From Verrucomicrobiota bacterium (lineage in GTDB: Bacteria; Verrucomicrobiota; Verrucomicrobiia; Verrucomicrobiales; V1-33): a DNA stretch of 64,000 nt. The stretch spans positions 47,436 through 111,435 of the forward strand of contig JAZKFB010000009.1 in assembly GCA_040386695.1 (NCBI GenBank), read 5' to 3'. Below the pieces are notes generated by a model that was not told the DNA's origin, searched no databases, and saw nothing but the letters and a program-made list of their open reading frames with translations. Below are positions 34,925 through 43,790 of this stretch, in pieces. Within the stretch, counting starts at the first letter, position 1, and each line of letters starts with the position of its first letter. The position numbers were made by a program, and so were the translations under genes.

Positions 34925-36262
34925 CTACCGCCCGCGCTCCTCCCGTTTCTTTTTCGGGTCAGGCCTCGCGGTGGGGGCCTCGACTTTACGGAATTTGCCT
35001 TTGGTTTTGCGGGCGATGGCTTTGAGCATGTCCTCCTCCTCCTTTTTGTCCGCGCCGGTGAGGTAATAAATGGTGTGAATGCGCGGCAGGATTTCCTTCG
35101 ATTTCGCGGCGGCGGTCAGCTGGGCGAGGAGAGTTTCGGCGGGAATGGCGCTCATGCCGCCGCCGGGCTGACTGGCGGTGGCGTTGCCGTCCGTGAGCAT
35201 GAAGGCGGTTTCCGGAGCCAGACGCAGGAGTTCCTCAATGGCGTAATCGTGCCGGGTGCCTCCGGGGCGGCCGCCGGTGGGCGGAGCGGTATTGGCATCG
35301 ATTTCGGTGAGAATGTGCTCCCGCGCCAGGCGCTTGTTCTCATCCGTGGCCCGCACCAGTTCCGGCCGCCAGCCGCGGGCGCTGCCGCTCCAGCGGATGA
35401 TGCCGAAACGGGTGTCCGGACCGAGGCCTTCAATGAGTTTCAGAGCTTCCCGCCGGATGATGTCAAAGGACTGTTCCGCGCCCACCTTGAGCAGTTTCCG
35501 CGACGCGCTGTCGTAGTCGCCCGTGCGGCTGAACATGGACTGGGAGACGTCGATCATGATGACCACACTTTTCGCGGTGTCCCGGATGTCAAAAAACGCC
35601 ATGCCCGAACCCTTCCCGGTGCCCCCTCCCCCGCTGATTCCCCGCCCCGTTCCGCGCCCGTAACCGGATGCGCCGATCATGCCGGAGATCTGATCGGACA
35701 CCAGTTCACCGGGATCCAGCGGCAGCATCTGTTTCAAATTCACGTCCGGCATGGCGGGCACGGTGACAGGTCCGGGCGCGGTGGAGGCCATGCGTTTGGA
35801 AAAACTCGGACGCGGGGCGGCGGCGTCATGTTTCGCATTGCTCAACGCCTGGGCGCGGATCTGCGCGGGAAGCTGCACGCGCTTCACGGGCGGCGTGAAA
35901 TCCGGAACTTCGTCAGGCATCAGCGCCTCCCGCACCACCCAGACCACCGCCAGCGCGATGATCACGGCGTGCACCAGAATGCTGATCATCAGCGATCCCA
36001 TCGCCTTCGGCTCCCCGGCAAGAGAATCCCCAAGCTCCGCCGACGGGCGTTTTCGGAGCCGCTTTCCGCCCTTTGGCCGCTTTGGAGTTCGAATCCCCCC
36101 GACTTTTGGCGGTGGCTTCACCGGAGGCCGGGCAGCGGCGGCGGTGGAAAGGGGCGCGGGACTCCGGCCTGGGGATTTCACTGGATTCCCTGCCGGTGGT
36201 GGCCGGAACGACGGGGCGCGCGGCCTTGAATCCGGTGCCGGCGGGCCGGAGGGTCTATTCAT
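34925..36262 (-). CDS. membrane-anchored von Willebrand factor A (VWA) domain protein
   Basis: Pro/Lys-rich N-terminus, TM SLMISILVHAVIIALAVVWVV, VWA with MIDAS VVIMIDVSQSM...GGT...LTDG. The start overlaps the upstream gene by 8 nt. Confidence 0.8.
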   Translation of the reverse strand: MNRPSGPPAPDSRPRAPSFRPPPAGNPVKSPGRSPAPLSTAAAARPPVKPPPKVGGIRTPKRPKGGKRLRKRPSAELGDSLAGEPKAMGSLMISILVHAVIIALAVVWVVREALMPDEVPDFTPPVKRVQLPAQIRAQALSNAKHDAAAPRPSFSKRMASTAPGPVTVPAMPDVNLKQMLPLDPGELVSDQISGMIGASGYGRGTGRGISGGGGTGKGSGMAFFDIRDTAKSVVIMIDVSQSMFSRTGDYDSASRKLLKVGAEQSFDIIRREALKLIEGLGPDTRFGIIRWSGSARGWRPELVRATDENKRLAREHILTEIDANTAPPTGGRPGGTRHDYAIEELLRLAPETAFMLTDGNATASQPGGGMSAIPAETLLAQLTAAAKSKEILPRIHTIYYLTGADKKEEEDMLKAIARKTKGKFRKVEAPTARPDPKKKREERGR

Positions 36263-37400
36263 CGGATTCCGCCTCCTTCACGGATGCGTTTTTTGGAGTT
36301 TTTGATTTGGCGCGTGATTTCCGCTTTGGTTTTTCCGGTGGCTGTTCCGGCCCGGCTTCAGGCTTGCCGGTTCCGGCGTTATTCCCGGTTCCGGCTTCCG
36401 CCGCTTCCGCTTCTGTCTCCGGTTTGGCGGCGGCCGCAGGCCTGGCGCGCGCGGCGGCGGCGGGCTGTTTGGCCAGCAGAGCGGCGGCGGCGGCGGATTC
36501 GGGGGCGACGGGGTAAAGTTCCGTCAGATCCAGAGCCCAGTCCGAAGCATGGGAAACATCGCCCTGAGCCTGCGAAAGCTGCGCCGCCGCCCACAGGCCG
36601 CGTGCCGCCAGGTCCTCCTCGGTGCCGTAAAACAGATGAGGAAACAGATAACCGTCCAGCGCCTCGTTCAGCAGACGGTCGTGCCGCGGAACCAGTTCGT
36701 CCTCCTCCCTCCAGCGTGGGTGGTCCTTCTCCAGTTGAGCCAGGGCGGCGGCGGCGGTTTCCGCCAGCACGTGGCGCAGATCAATCAGCACGCGGGGATC
36801 GCCGCTTTTGGCCAGCAGAGCCTCGGCCATCGGCCGGACCTCCGCCGTGCGGCCCTGGCGCAGCATGATCCGGAGCCGGCCGGCCTGGGCGCGGCCCCGG
36901 CGTTCGGCGCTCCAGTCCCCGGCCTCGATCTGCTGGTAAACTTTGAGCGCCCGCTCCAGCCGGTCCGGGCTGGGTTTCCGGGAAAGCAGCTCCGCATAAG
37001 TCAGGCCCAGCTCCCCGGCGGTGCAGCGGGGGCGCCCCAGCCATGCCACGCGTCTGGCCCAGAATCCGAGCATTGGTTCCGAATTCCCGTCCTTCACCGC
37101 GTCCGCCACGGCTTCGGCCTCGCCGGGCAGCGGGGCCAGCTCCACATAATCCACCTCCGCCAGCGGCACGGCGCGGAATTCGGAGACGGCTCCGGCGGCG
37201 CGCCGGAAGGTGATTTTCACCGCGTCCGCCGTGAAATCGAGCACCTGGCAGTCCGCCCGCCGTCCGTTTTTCAAAATCACGGTGTCCTGGGCCTCCGTCC
37301 GCGGCAGGCCCGGAAACAGCAGAGCAGCAGCAGCCAGCCAGGCGGTGGAAACACGGATCGCCGGCCGCTGACTTCTGTCCGCTGAGTGTTTTTCTTTCAT
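36255..37400 (-). CDS. secreted protein, function unknown (helical, Ala/Lys-rich tail)
   Basis: 381 aa. Signal TAWLAAAALLFPGLPRTEAQ. No motif recognised. ATGA overlap with the upstream TPR gene (37397-37400). Confidence 0.65.
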   Translation of the reverse strand: MKEKHSADRSQRPAIRVSTAWLAAAALLFPGLPRTEAQDTVILKNGRRADCQVLDFTADAVKITFRRAAGAVSEFRAVPLAEVDYVELAPLPGEAEAVADAVKDGNSEPMLGFWARRVAWLGRPRCTAGELGLTYAELLSRKPSPDRLERALKVYQQIEAGDWSAERRGRAQAGRLRIMLRQGRTAEVRPMAEALLAKSGDPRVLIDLRHVLAETAAAALAQLEKDHPRWREEDELVPRHDRLLNEALDGYLFPHLFYGTEEDLAARGLWAAAQLSQAQGDVSHASDWALDLTELYPVAPESAAAAALLAKQPAAAARARPAAAAKPETEAEAAEAGTGNNAGTGKPEAGPEQPPEKPKRKSRAKSKTPKNASVKEAESDE

Positions 37401-40276
37401 GGCTGGCTTCCGGTCAGGGTTTTCAGACGCTGGCGCGCCTCCGCCGCCGGGGGCTGGGAGGCGAGTTCCCGTTTGGCGAGCATCTGGCGGAGGACCTCGG
37501 CGGCGGCTTCAGGCTTGTGCAGGGACTCCAGAATTTGCCCGCGCTGCAGCCAGGCTTCCGCGGCGATGGCGCGGTAATGCGCGCCGGACAGGCAGCAGCG
37601 CTCAAAATGCCCCAGCGCCCGCTCCGGCTGGTTCGCGGCCAGGGCGCAGCGGCCCAGTTCCAGCAGGGCGCGGGCTTTCTGGGCGCTGGTGGACATCCTG
37701 CCGCCGGTGACTTTCCGGAGAAGATCCGCGGCATCCGCTGTTTTGCCCTCGCCGCGCAGCAGCACCGCGCGTTCCAGCAGGGCCTCGCCGCCACAGGTGC
37801 CGCCGGCGGTTTCCTGGCCGCATTTTTCAAACCAGACCATGGCCTCATCCTTTTTCCCCTCCGCCAGCGACAGCATTCCCAGTCCGTAGGATGACCGCTC
37901 CTTCTCCACCGCGCGCGGATGCCATTTCCGCAGGGCCAGGTAAAGGTCGCGGGCGGTGCGCGGCGCGCCGGATTCCCGCCGGGCGTCCGCGCAGTCCGCC
38001 AGCAGACGCGGGTGATGCACCGCCGGATCCAGCAGATCCCCCAGCTGCACAAACGCCACCCGGGCCCCGGCCGGTGACGACTCCCGCAGCAGATTTCCCC
38101 GCGCCCAGAGCGCCCGCACGGCCAGCGTTTTCCGCCCGGCGGCGCGGGCGGCGCGCTGGAGACCGTCGAGTTTGAAAAGCAGCTCTTTAATACCATCCGC
38201 GCCCGGATAAAGCCGCCGCGTGGCCAGCAGCAGATCCTCCACTCCCTCGTTCGCGGGATCCTCGCCCAGCTTTTCCAGCGTGGACCAGTAAAGCGCGCGG
38301 GCCTCATCGCCCTGCCCCAGCCGGGCCGCCGCCCGGCCCTGGTAAAGCACGGCCTCCGCCAGCCGGAGGCTGCGCGGGCGCGAGGCGATGAACCGCGCGA
38401 AATGATCCCGCTCCTCCCGCGGTTTCCCCAGTTTCCGCAGGCCCTCGCCGATTTTGAACTGGGCCTCCTCAAACAGCCGGTCCTCACTTTCCGGCACCTC
38501 CGCGAGAACTTTCAGGCCCGGCTCCATTTCGCCGGACGCCATCAGCGACTCGCCCAGCAGCAGCCCGGCCTCGGCGGAGTGGGAATTGTCCGGAAAATTT
38601 TGGCGGAACGTTTTGAATTCAGCGGCGGCGGCTTCGTGAAGCAGCTGATTGTGCAGACACCGGGCGCGCTCGAAGGCCGCGTCCCCGGCGTATTTGCCGT
38701 CCGGATATTTTTTCCCCCAGGATGCGAGAAGCTCCCGCGCCCCGGCCCAGTTTTTTTGAAACGTGAGCGCCATGCCCTCCCAGTAAAGCGCGTCCTCCAG
38801 CAGCGGCGTTTCCGGGAAAAGATCCGCCATTTTCCGGAACGTGATCACGGCGGCCTCGGGACGGTCCAGCTCCATCTGGCAGATGCCGCCCATGAAAAAC
38901 GCCCGCGCCGCCAGAGGATTTTCCGGAAAACCGTGAGCCAGCGCCCCATACTGACGCTCCGCCTCCTCCGTGCGGTTCAGGCCGTGCAGGGCCTCGGCGC
39001 GGGCCAGCAGCACCGCCGGGCGCTCCGGGTCCTTTCCCCCGGCCGCAAACCGGCTCTGCCAGCGGTCCGCCGCCGCCAGCACTTTGTCCCAGCCGGCGAT
39101 CTGCCGCCATGACTCCAGTTCGGCGCGCGCGGCCTGTTTCAGGATTTTGTCAGGCTCCAGGGTGCTCACCGCTGTCTCCAGAATGGACGCCGCCTCCCGC
39201 CAGCGGCCGAGTCCCATGAACGCCTGCGCCAGGCGCAGCTCCCGCGCGGCGTCGTAACTTTCGATTTTCTCAAACTGCGCCAGCTCCCGGCTGATCCGCG
39301 TCAGAATGCCGTCGGTCTGGAACACCAGGGCCTCGCGTTTCGCGCCCTCCTTTTTCAGCAGCTCCCGCCGTGCCCGCCACTCCGCCTGCCGCGCGCGCTG
39401 ATGCTCCAGCAGCCGGCCGCGCGGCCAGAGGCGGTTGAGACAGGTGATGGCCTCATACCATTTCTCCTCCTCCAGAAACTTCGCGCCCAGCCGCAGGGTC
39501 AGCAGCTGGAACGAAACCACCTGGGTCATGCCGTCCAGTTCCGGAAAGGAGGCCCTCACCAGCGCCAGCGCCCCGTCCCCGCGTCCGGCCTCCATCAGAC
39601 TGTGCAGCAGCAGCACCCGCGCGCGGCCCGCCACCTCCTTCTGGTCCGGGGGAAGTTTGGGGATCTGCTCCGCAAAAAAATCCGCCGCCGCCGGGTAGTC
39701 CTCCAGTTGAATATATCCGGTGCCGAAAAGCAGAAAAGCCTCGTACCGCCGTGTGCGGTCATGGGCGGTGTCGGCAAAATAAGCCCCGAACTGCTCCTGG
39801 GCCTCCGCCGTTTTTCCGGTGCGCAGCAGGCAGATGCCCTGCCAGAAACTCAGCTCCTCGCGGGCCGGCGCGGGCAGTTTCGGATTTTGAAGGGATTTGG
39901 CGATCAGCGCCGACGTCTCCTCAAAAGCGCCCCGTTTCACTTTGCACATGGCCAGCAGCGGCAGACACTCCTCCACCAAAGGAGCCACCTCCGCGTTTTC
40001 CCCGTAATCCGCCACCAGCTGATCCAGGAGCTTTTCCGCCTTTGTGAAATCCTGGGCCTCAAAGGCCGCCCGCCCCTGCGTGATCAGCCCGGAGGCCGTC
40101 AGGTTTCCCGGAACCCTCTCCTCCTCAGGCTTTTGCGGAGCTGCGGGCGCGGATGCGGCGGGGGTTGGGGAAACCACGGAAAAAACCAGCATCAGCCCGG
40201 CCAGGATCCGGCAGGGTATTTCCCCGGACCAAAGCGGTGAAAGGGAGGAGGGTAAGCGTGGAATTTTGAAAGGCAT
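37397..40276 (-). CDS. large tetratricopeptide-repeat (TPR) protein, secreted/anchored
   Basis: 959 aa. N-terminal hydrophobic ILAGLMLVFSVVSPTPAASA. Repeated A..x..A/Y/L helical hairpins throughout (e.g. YWEGMALTFQKNWAGARELL, AQFKIGEGLRKLGKPREERDHF). Confidence 0.8.
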   Translation of the reverse strand: MPFKIPRLPSSLSPLWSGEIPCRILAGLMLVFSVVSPTPAASAPAAPQKPEEERVPGNLTASGLITQGRAAFEAQDFTKAEKLLDQLVADYGENAEVAPLVEECLPLLAMCKVKRGAFEETSALIAKSLQNPKLPAPAREELSFWQGICLLRTGKTAEAQEQFGAYFADTAHDRTRRYEAFLLFGTGYIQLEDYPAAADFFAEQIPKLPPDQKEVAGRARVLLLHSLMEAGRGDGALALVRASFPELDGMTQVVSFQLLTLRLGAKFLEEEKWYEAITCLNRLWPRGRLLEHQRARQAEWRARRELLKKEGAKREALVFQTDGILTRISRELAQFEKIESYDAARELRLAQAFMGLGRWREAASILETAVSTLEPDKILKQAARAELESWRQIAGWDKVLAAADRWQSRFAAGGKDPERPAVLLARAEALHGLNRTEEAERQYGALAHGFPENPLAARAFFMGGICQMELDRPEAAVITFRKMADLFPETPLLEDALYWEGMALTFQKNWAGARELLASWGKKYPDGKYAGDAAFERARCLHNQLLHEAAAAEFKTFRQNFPDNSHSAEAGLLLGESLMASGEMEPGLKVLAEVPESEDRLFEEAQFKIGEGLRKLGKPREERDHFARFIASRPRSLRLAEAVLYQGRAAARLGQGDEARALYWSTLEKLGEDPANEGVEDLLLATRRLYPGADGIKELLFKLDGLQRAARAAGRKTLAVRALWARGNLLRESSPAGARVAFVQLGDLLDPAVHHPRLLADCADARRESGAPRTARDLYLALRKWHPRAVEKERSSYGLGMLSLAEGKKDEAMVWFEKCGQETAGGTCGGEALLERAVLLRGEGKTADAADLLRKVTGGRMSTSAQKARALLELGRCALAANQPERALGHFERCCLSGAHYRAIAAEAWLQRGQILESLHKPEAAAEVLRQMLAKRELASQPPAAEARQRLKTLTGSQP

Positions 40277-40419
40277 GGAGCCGAATTTACTGCAAACGAA
40301 TACAGTTACATCGTCTTATAGCCAAGCAATTTTCATCGATTCACCATAAATTATGGGCACGCGCCGCCTGACTCTCCCGCCGGGTCCGGGGGCATCGGCC
40401 GCTTCCAGCTCCCCCGGGC

Positions 40420-40448
40420 ATAGGTCCTATAAGGCCTATGGGACCTAT
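40420..40448. repeat. 29-bp imperfect palindrome with 9-bp internal periodicity
   Basis: ATAGGTCCTATAAGGCCTATGGGACCTAT: 12 of 14 arm positions are complementary around the central G. It also reads as TAGGTCCTA/TAAGGCCTA/TGGGACCTA. It lies in the divergent TPR-aroG intergenic region. Confidence 0.8.
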
Positions 40449-40604
40449 AGGGGGCTGTTAACCTTTGAGGAATGTTTGGAAACAGCTTGGAGGGCCGCGT
40501 CACGGTTTTTCACTACGGAAGCCGCGCCATTCCCCGCGCGCTTATGCCCCCATTTTTTCTTCTTGAAAGAATCGCCATTTCCCCGAAAGTGCCGGTTTCC
40601 GCCG

Positions 40605-40640
40605 CGCCGCCCGGTTTTGCCCTGGCGGCGTTTTTGTTTT
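40605..40640 (+). terminator. intrinsic-terminator-like hairpin 17 nt upstream of aroG start (candidate attenuator)
   Basis: CGCCGCC-c-GG (40605-40614), loop TTTTGC, CC-t-GGCGGCG (40621-40630), then TTTTTGTTTT (40631-40640). There is no upstream + strand gene to terminate. Confidence 0.6.
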
Positions 40641-40656
40641 CCGCCCCGCCGCCGCC

Positions 40657-41727
40657 ATGTCCCTGAAATTGTCCACTGACGATGTCCGCATCTCTGAAAT
40701 CTGGAGCCTGGTCTCCCCGGAGGTCGTCATTCATGACCTGTGCCCCAGCGACCGCGAGGTGTCCTTTGTCTCCAAAGCCCGCACCCAGGCCGATGACATC
40801 ATCCACCGCCGCGATGACCGCCTGATGGTGGTGGTCGGTCCCTGCTCGATTCATGATGAGAAGGCCGCGCTCGAATACGCCGCCCTGCTGAAGGAGGAAT
40901 TCCCGAAATACTCCGATGCCCTCTTTCTGGTCATGCGGGTTTATTTTGAAAAACCGCGCACCACGGTCGGCTGGAAAGGCTACATCAACGATCCCGGCCT
41001 CGATGAGAGCTACGACATCAACCGCGGCCTGCACCTTGCGCGCAAGCTGCTGCTGCATCTGACCGCGATGCGTATTCCCACCGGCACGGAATTCCTTGAT
41101 GCCATCAGTCCCCAGTATGTCGCCGACCTCGTCACCTGGGGCGCCATCGGAGCCCGGACGGTGGAAAGCCAGGTTCACCGCGAACTGGCCAGCGGCCTGT
41201 CCATGCCGGTCGGTTTCAAAAACGGCACCGGCGGCGGGCTGGGCATCGCCATTGACGCCATCCGCGCCGCCCAGGGCAGCCACCATTTCCTCAGCGTGAC
41301 CAAGCAGGGTGTCGCCGCGATCGTGAAAACCACCGGCAATCATTCCTGCCACATCATTCTCCGCGGAGGCAAATCCGGCGCGAACTTCGCCGCCCCCCAG
41401 GTCGCGGAAGTCACGGGAATGCTGGAAAAAGCGGGCCTTCCGCCGACGATCATGATCGACTGCTCCCACGGCAATTCCAGCAAGGATCACCGCAACCAGC
41501 CGAAAGTCGCCGCCGATATCGCCGACCAGATCCGCTCCGGCAACAAAGCCATCACCGGAGTGATGATCGAAAGCAATCTCGTCGAAGGCCGTCAGGATGT
41601 GAAGCCGGGCCAGAAGCTCACTTACGGCCAGAGCATCACGGATGCCTGTCTCGCCTGGGAGGACACCAAAGCGGTGCTCGCCAACCTCGCCGAAGCCGTC
41701 CGCGAACGCCGCGCCCTCAGTGCCTGA
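40657..41727 (+). CDS. aroG: 3-deoxy-7-phosphoheptulonate (DAHP) synthase, class I
   Basis: 356 aa. DDRLMVVVGPCSIHD, VMRVYFEKPRTTVGWKG.INDP, GAIGARTVESQ.HRELASGLS.PVGFKNGT.G, IDCSHGNS are class I-alpha AroF/G/H blocks. Which feedback isozyme it is cannot be told from sequence. Confidence 0.93.
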   Translation: MSLKLSTDDVRISEIWSLVSPEVVIHDLCPSDREVSFVSKARTQADDIIHRRDDRLMVVVGPCSIHDEKAALEYAALLKEEFPKYSDALFLVMRVYFEKPRTTVGWKGYINDPGLDESYDINRGLHLARKLLLHLTAMRIPTGTEFLDAISPQYVADLVTWGAIGARTVESQVHRELASGLSMPVGFKNGTGGGLGIAIDAIRAAQGSHHFLSVTKQGVAAIVKTTGNHSCHIILRGGKSGANFAAPQVAEVTGMLEKAGLPPTIMIDCSHGNSSKDHRNQPKVAADIADQIRSGNKAITGVMIESNLVEGRQDVKPGQKLTYGQSITDACLAWEDTKAVLANLAEAVRERRALSA

Positions 41728-41882
41728 GTGTGGACGTTTTCAGGGATTGAACTCAAAACCGGGCCGGATTTCCACGGAAAGTCCCAAAGCCGTCGCCATT
41801 CAAAACCAAAACCTGCTCCCATGCCGGCTGAGACTGGCTGAGGCGCCGTCCCGCGCCGGAATCATTTTCCAGACGCCGGCAT

Positions 41883-41918
41883 AAAAACACCGCCGCCGGC
41901 TGGTGAGGCCGGCGGCGG
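41883..41918 (-). terminator. rho-independent terminator of the minus-strand cyt c/FGE operon
   Basis: Perfect 11-bp stem CCGCCGCCGGC (41890-41900) / GCCGGCGGCGG (41908-41918), 7-nt loop. On the minus strand it is followed by GTGTTTTTAT. It lies 59 nt after the stop at 41977. Confidence 0.8.
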
Positions 41919-41976
41919 CGGGAATGGTTCTGATGGATCAGAAAGCGGCTGACGGGTATCGGCCCCGCAGCGCTCC

Positions 41977-43758
41977 TTATTTTTTATCAGCCGTGCCGAG
42001 GTTCCAGGCGGCGTGCATCTCCTCAACACTCGGGAGCTTGAGCGGCCGCACCAGCCTCATGCCGAGGAACTGGGCGCTGGTGTGGTACCAGAGGCTTTTG
42101 GGAAGCTGGGGATCAATATTTTTCCAGGCCTCACTGGACCCGCGGCGGACGGCGCTGCGGAGATTTTTCGGGAACTCATCATCCCACGAGCCGCCGCGCA
42201 CCACCCGGGGATAGATGGTCACCGGTTTGTTGAAGGGATTGGAGACCGCTCCGTTCTGAACCTGGGACTGAAGCGTGCCGTAGAAGGTCGGGCTGTACTG
42301 GTCCAGCGTCCATTCGACGGCGTTGCCATACATGTCGTAGAGGCCCCACGGATTGGGTTTCTTTTTGCCGACGGGCTGGCTCTTGCCGTCGCTGTTGTCA
42401 AAATACCAGGCGTATTCCCCGAGCTTGGATTCATCATCACCGAAGGACCAGGTGGTGGTGGTGCCGGCGCGGGCGGCGTATTCCCACTCGGCCTCGGTGG
42501 GCAGACGGTAGAACTGGCCGGTCTGGGCGCTGAGCCATTCGCAGAACTTGTTGGCCGCGTGTTCGGTCATGGAAATGGCCGGGAATCCGTCCTGGCCCAT
42601 GCCGAAGGTCATGTCCGTGTAGGGCGGGGTCGGGCTGCTGACGGCATCCACCGGCAGATCATCCTTGCCGGGGGTTTTTTTGCTGCCGTCCTTCCAGCGG
42701 GCGTCGGAAGTAACCATGAAGGGCATGTAAACATCCCAGGTCACCTCGGTGGCCCCCATCCAGAAAGGATCGATTTTCACCCTCACCTGCGGCCCTTCGT
42801 CGGGTTTGCGGTCCTTTTCGGTTTCCGGGCTGCCCATGAGGAATTCGCCGCCCGGAATGGGCACCATGGCGAAATTCTTCGGGCTGGGAGCCTTGGTCAT
42901 GGTGCCAGTGTAGGGCTTGAAGTCGGCCTCCGCGCCCTCGCCGCTGGTTTTCACGATGAGATCGCGGATCTTTTGCGTCAGCTCAATGGTGTCCGGCGAC
43001 GGCGCTCGCTCCTCCATCTTGGCTTTGGGCACGAGCACGATGCCCTCCGGCCAGGGAGCGCCCTGTTTCACCCAGAGCTTCAGCTTTTCAATCTGGTCCT
43101 TTTTCAGGGGGCCGCCGCTCTTTTTGGTCGGCATCAGCTCATCGTCATCCTCCGCCAGGGTGGTGCGTTTGAAAAGCGGGCTAGCTTCGGGATCATAGGG
43201 CACCAGAGCCGTGCCGCCGTCACCGCCGGTGATGTTGAAGGCCAGCGTGGTCATGACCAGTTCCCCTTTGGCTTTCTCAGCGTCGTGACAGGACAGGCAG
43301 TTCTGCTCCAGAATCGGCTGGATGTCCTTCACAAACTGCATCCGGGGCATCATGACCAGGGTCAGATCCGCCGGCATTTTGGCTCCGGCGGCGATCCAGG
43401 CTTTCAGGTGATCGCTCTGTTCCTTCACCAGCGGCGGCTCCTTCGACGGCGGCATGGCGGCGTCCTTGTCCCTCGGCAGCTGGGTGGTGGTGTAGATTTT
43501 GCTCTCCTCCGGCTTGCCCGGCACCAGCCAGGCGCCGTTATCGTTGCCTTTCAGCATGTGGGCCAGGGTATCCAGCCGCCCGTCGCCTTTCTGCTCATCG
43601 GCGTTGTGGCAGTGGACGCAGGTCGATTCCAGAATCGGCCGCACAAAGCGCGTGAAATATGCCTCCGAATCCGGAGCCGGATCCGCGGCATGCAGACCGC
43701 CGGTGACGGCGGCGAGGCTGGTGAATACGAGGGTGGGAAGGACGCGATGGGACAACAT
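41977..43758 (-). CDS. secreted protein: two planctomycete-type cytochrome c domains + formylglycine-generating-enzyme (SUMF1/FGE-sulfatase) domain
   Basis: Start ATG 43758 (MLSHRVLPTLVFTSLAAVTGGLHA signal). Heme motifs CVHCH and CLSCH. FLMGSP...DEGPQ..V.IDPFWMG..EVT, RLPTEAEWEYAARAGT, NPWGLYDMYGNAVEW, RVVRGGSW are FGE-sulfatase blocks. Confidence 0.85.
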   Translation of the reverse strand: MLSHRVLPTLVFTSLAAVTGGLHAADPAPDSEAYFTRFVRPILESTCVHCHNADEQKGDGRLDTLAHMLKGNDNGAWLVPGKPEESKIYTTTQLPRDKDAAMPPSKEPPLVKEQSDHLKAWIAAGAKMPADLTLVMMPRMQFVKDIQPILEQNCLSCHDAEKAKGELVMTTLAFNITGGDGGTALVPYDPEASPLFKRTTLAEDDDELMPTKKSGGPLKKDQIEKLKLWVKQGAPWPEGIVLVPKAKMEERAPSPDTIELTQKIRDLIVKTSGEGAEADFKPYTGTMTKAPSPKNFAMVPIPGGEFLMGSPETEKDRKPDEGPQVRVKIDPFWMGATEVTWDVYMPFMVTSDARWKDGSKKTPGKDDLPVDAVSSPTPPYTDMTFGMGQDGFPAISMTEHAANKFCEWLSAQTGQFYRLPTEAEWEYAARAGTTTTWSFGDDESKLGEYAWYFDNSDGKSQPVGKKKPNPWGLYDMYGNAVEWTLDQYSPTFYGTLQSQVQNGAVSNPFNKPVTIYPRVVRGGSWDDEFPKNLRSAVRRGSSEAWKNIDPQLPKSLWYHTSAQFLGMRLVRPLKLPSVEEMHAAWNLGTADKK

Positions 43759-43790
43759 GGGACAAAAACGGATCAGCGGACGGGACTTGT

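Noticed and set aside
36081-36102. tRNA-like T-loop string GGAGTTCGAATCCCCCC
   Set aside because: There is no complementary T-stem 5' arm, acceptor stem or anticodon arm around it, and it lies inside the VWA-protein coding sequence.
40472-40666. 64-aa ORF upstream of aroG as a genuine protein or classical leader peptide
   Set aside because: It reads through the terminator hairpin and into aroG, has no homology I recognise, and has only one Phe-Phe pair. It is kept only as context for the attenuator hypothesis.
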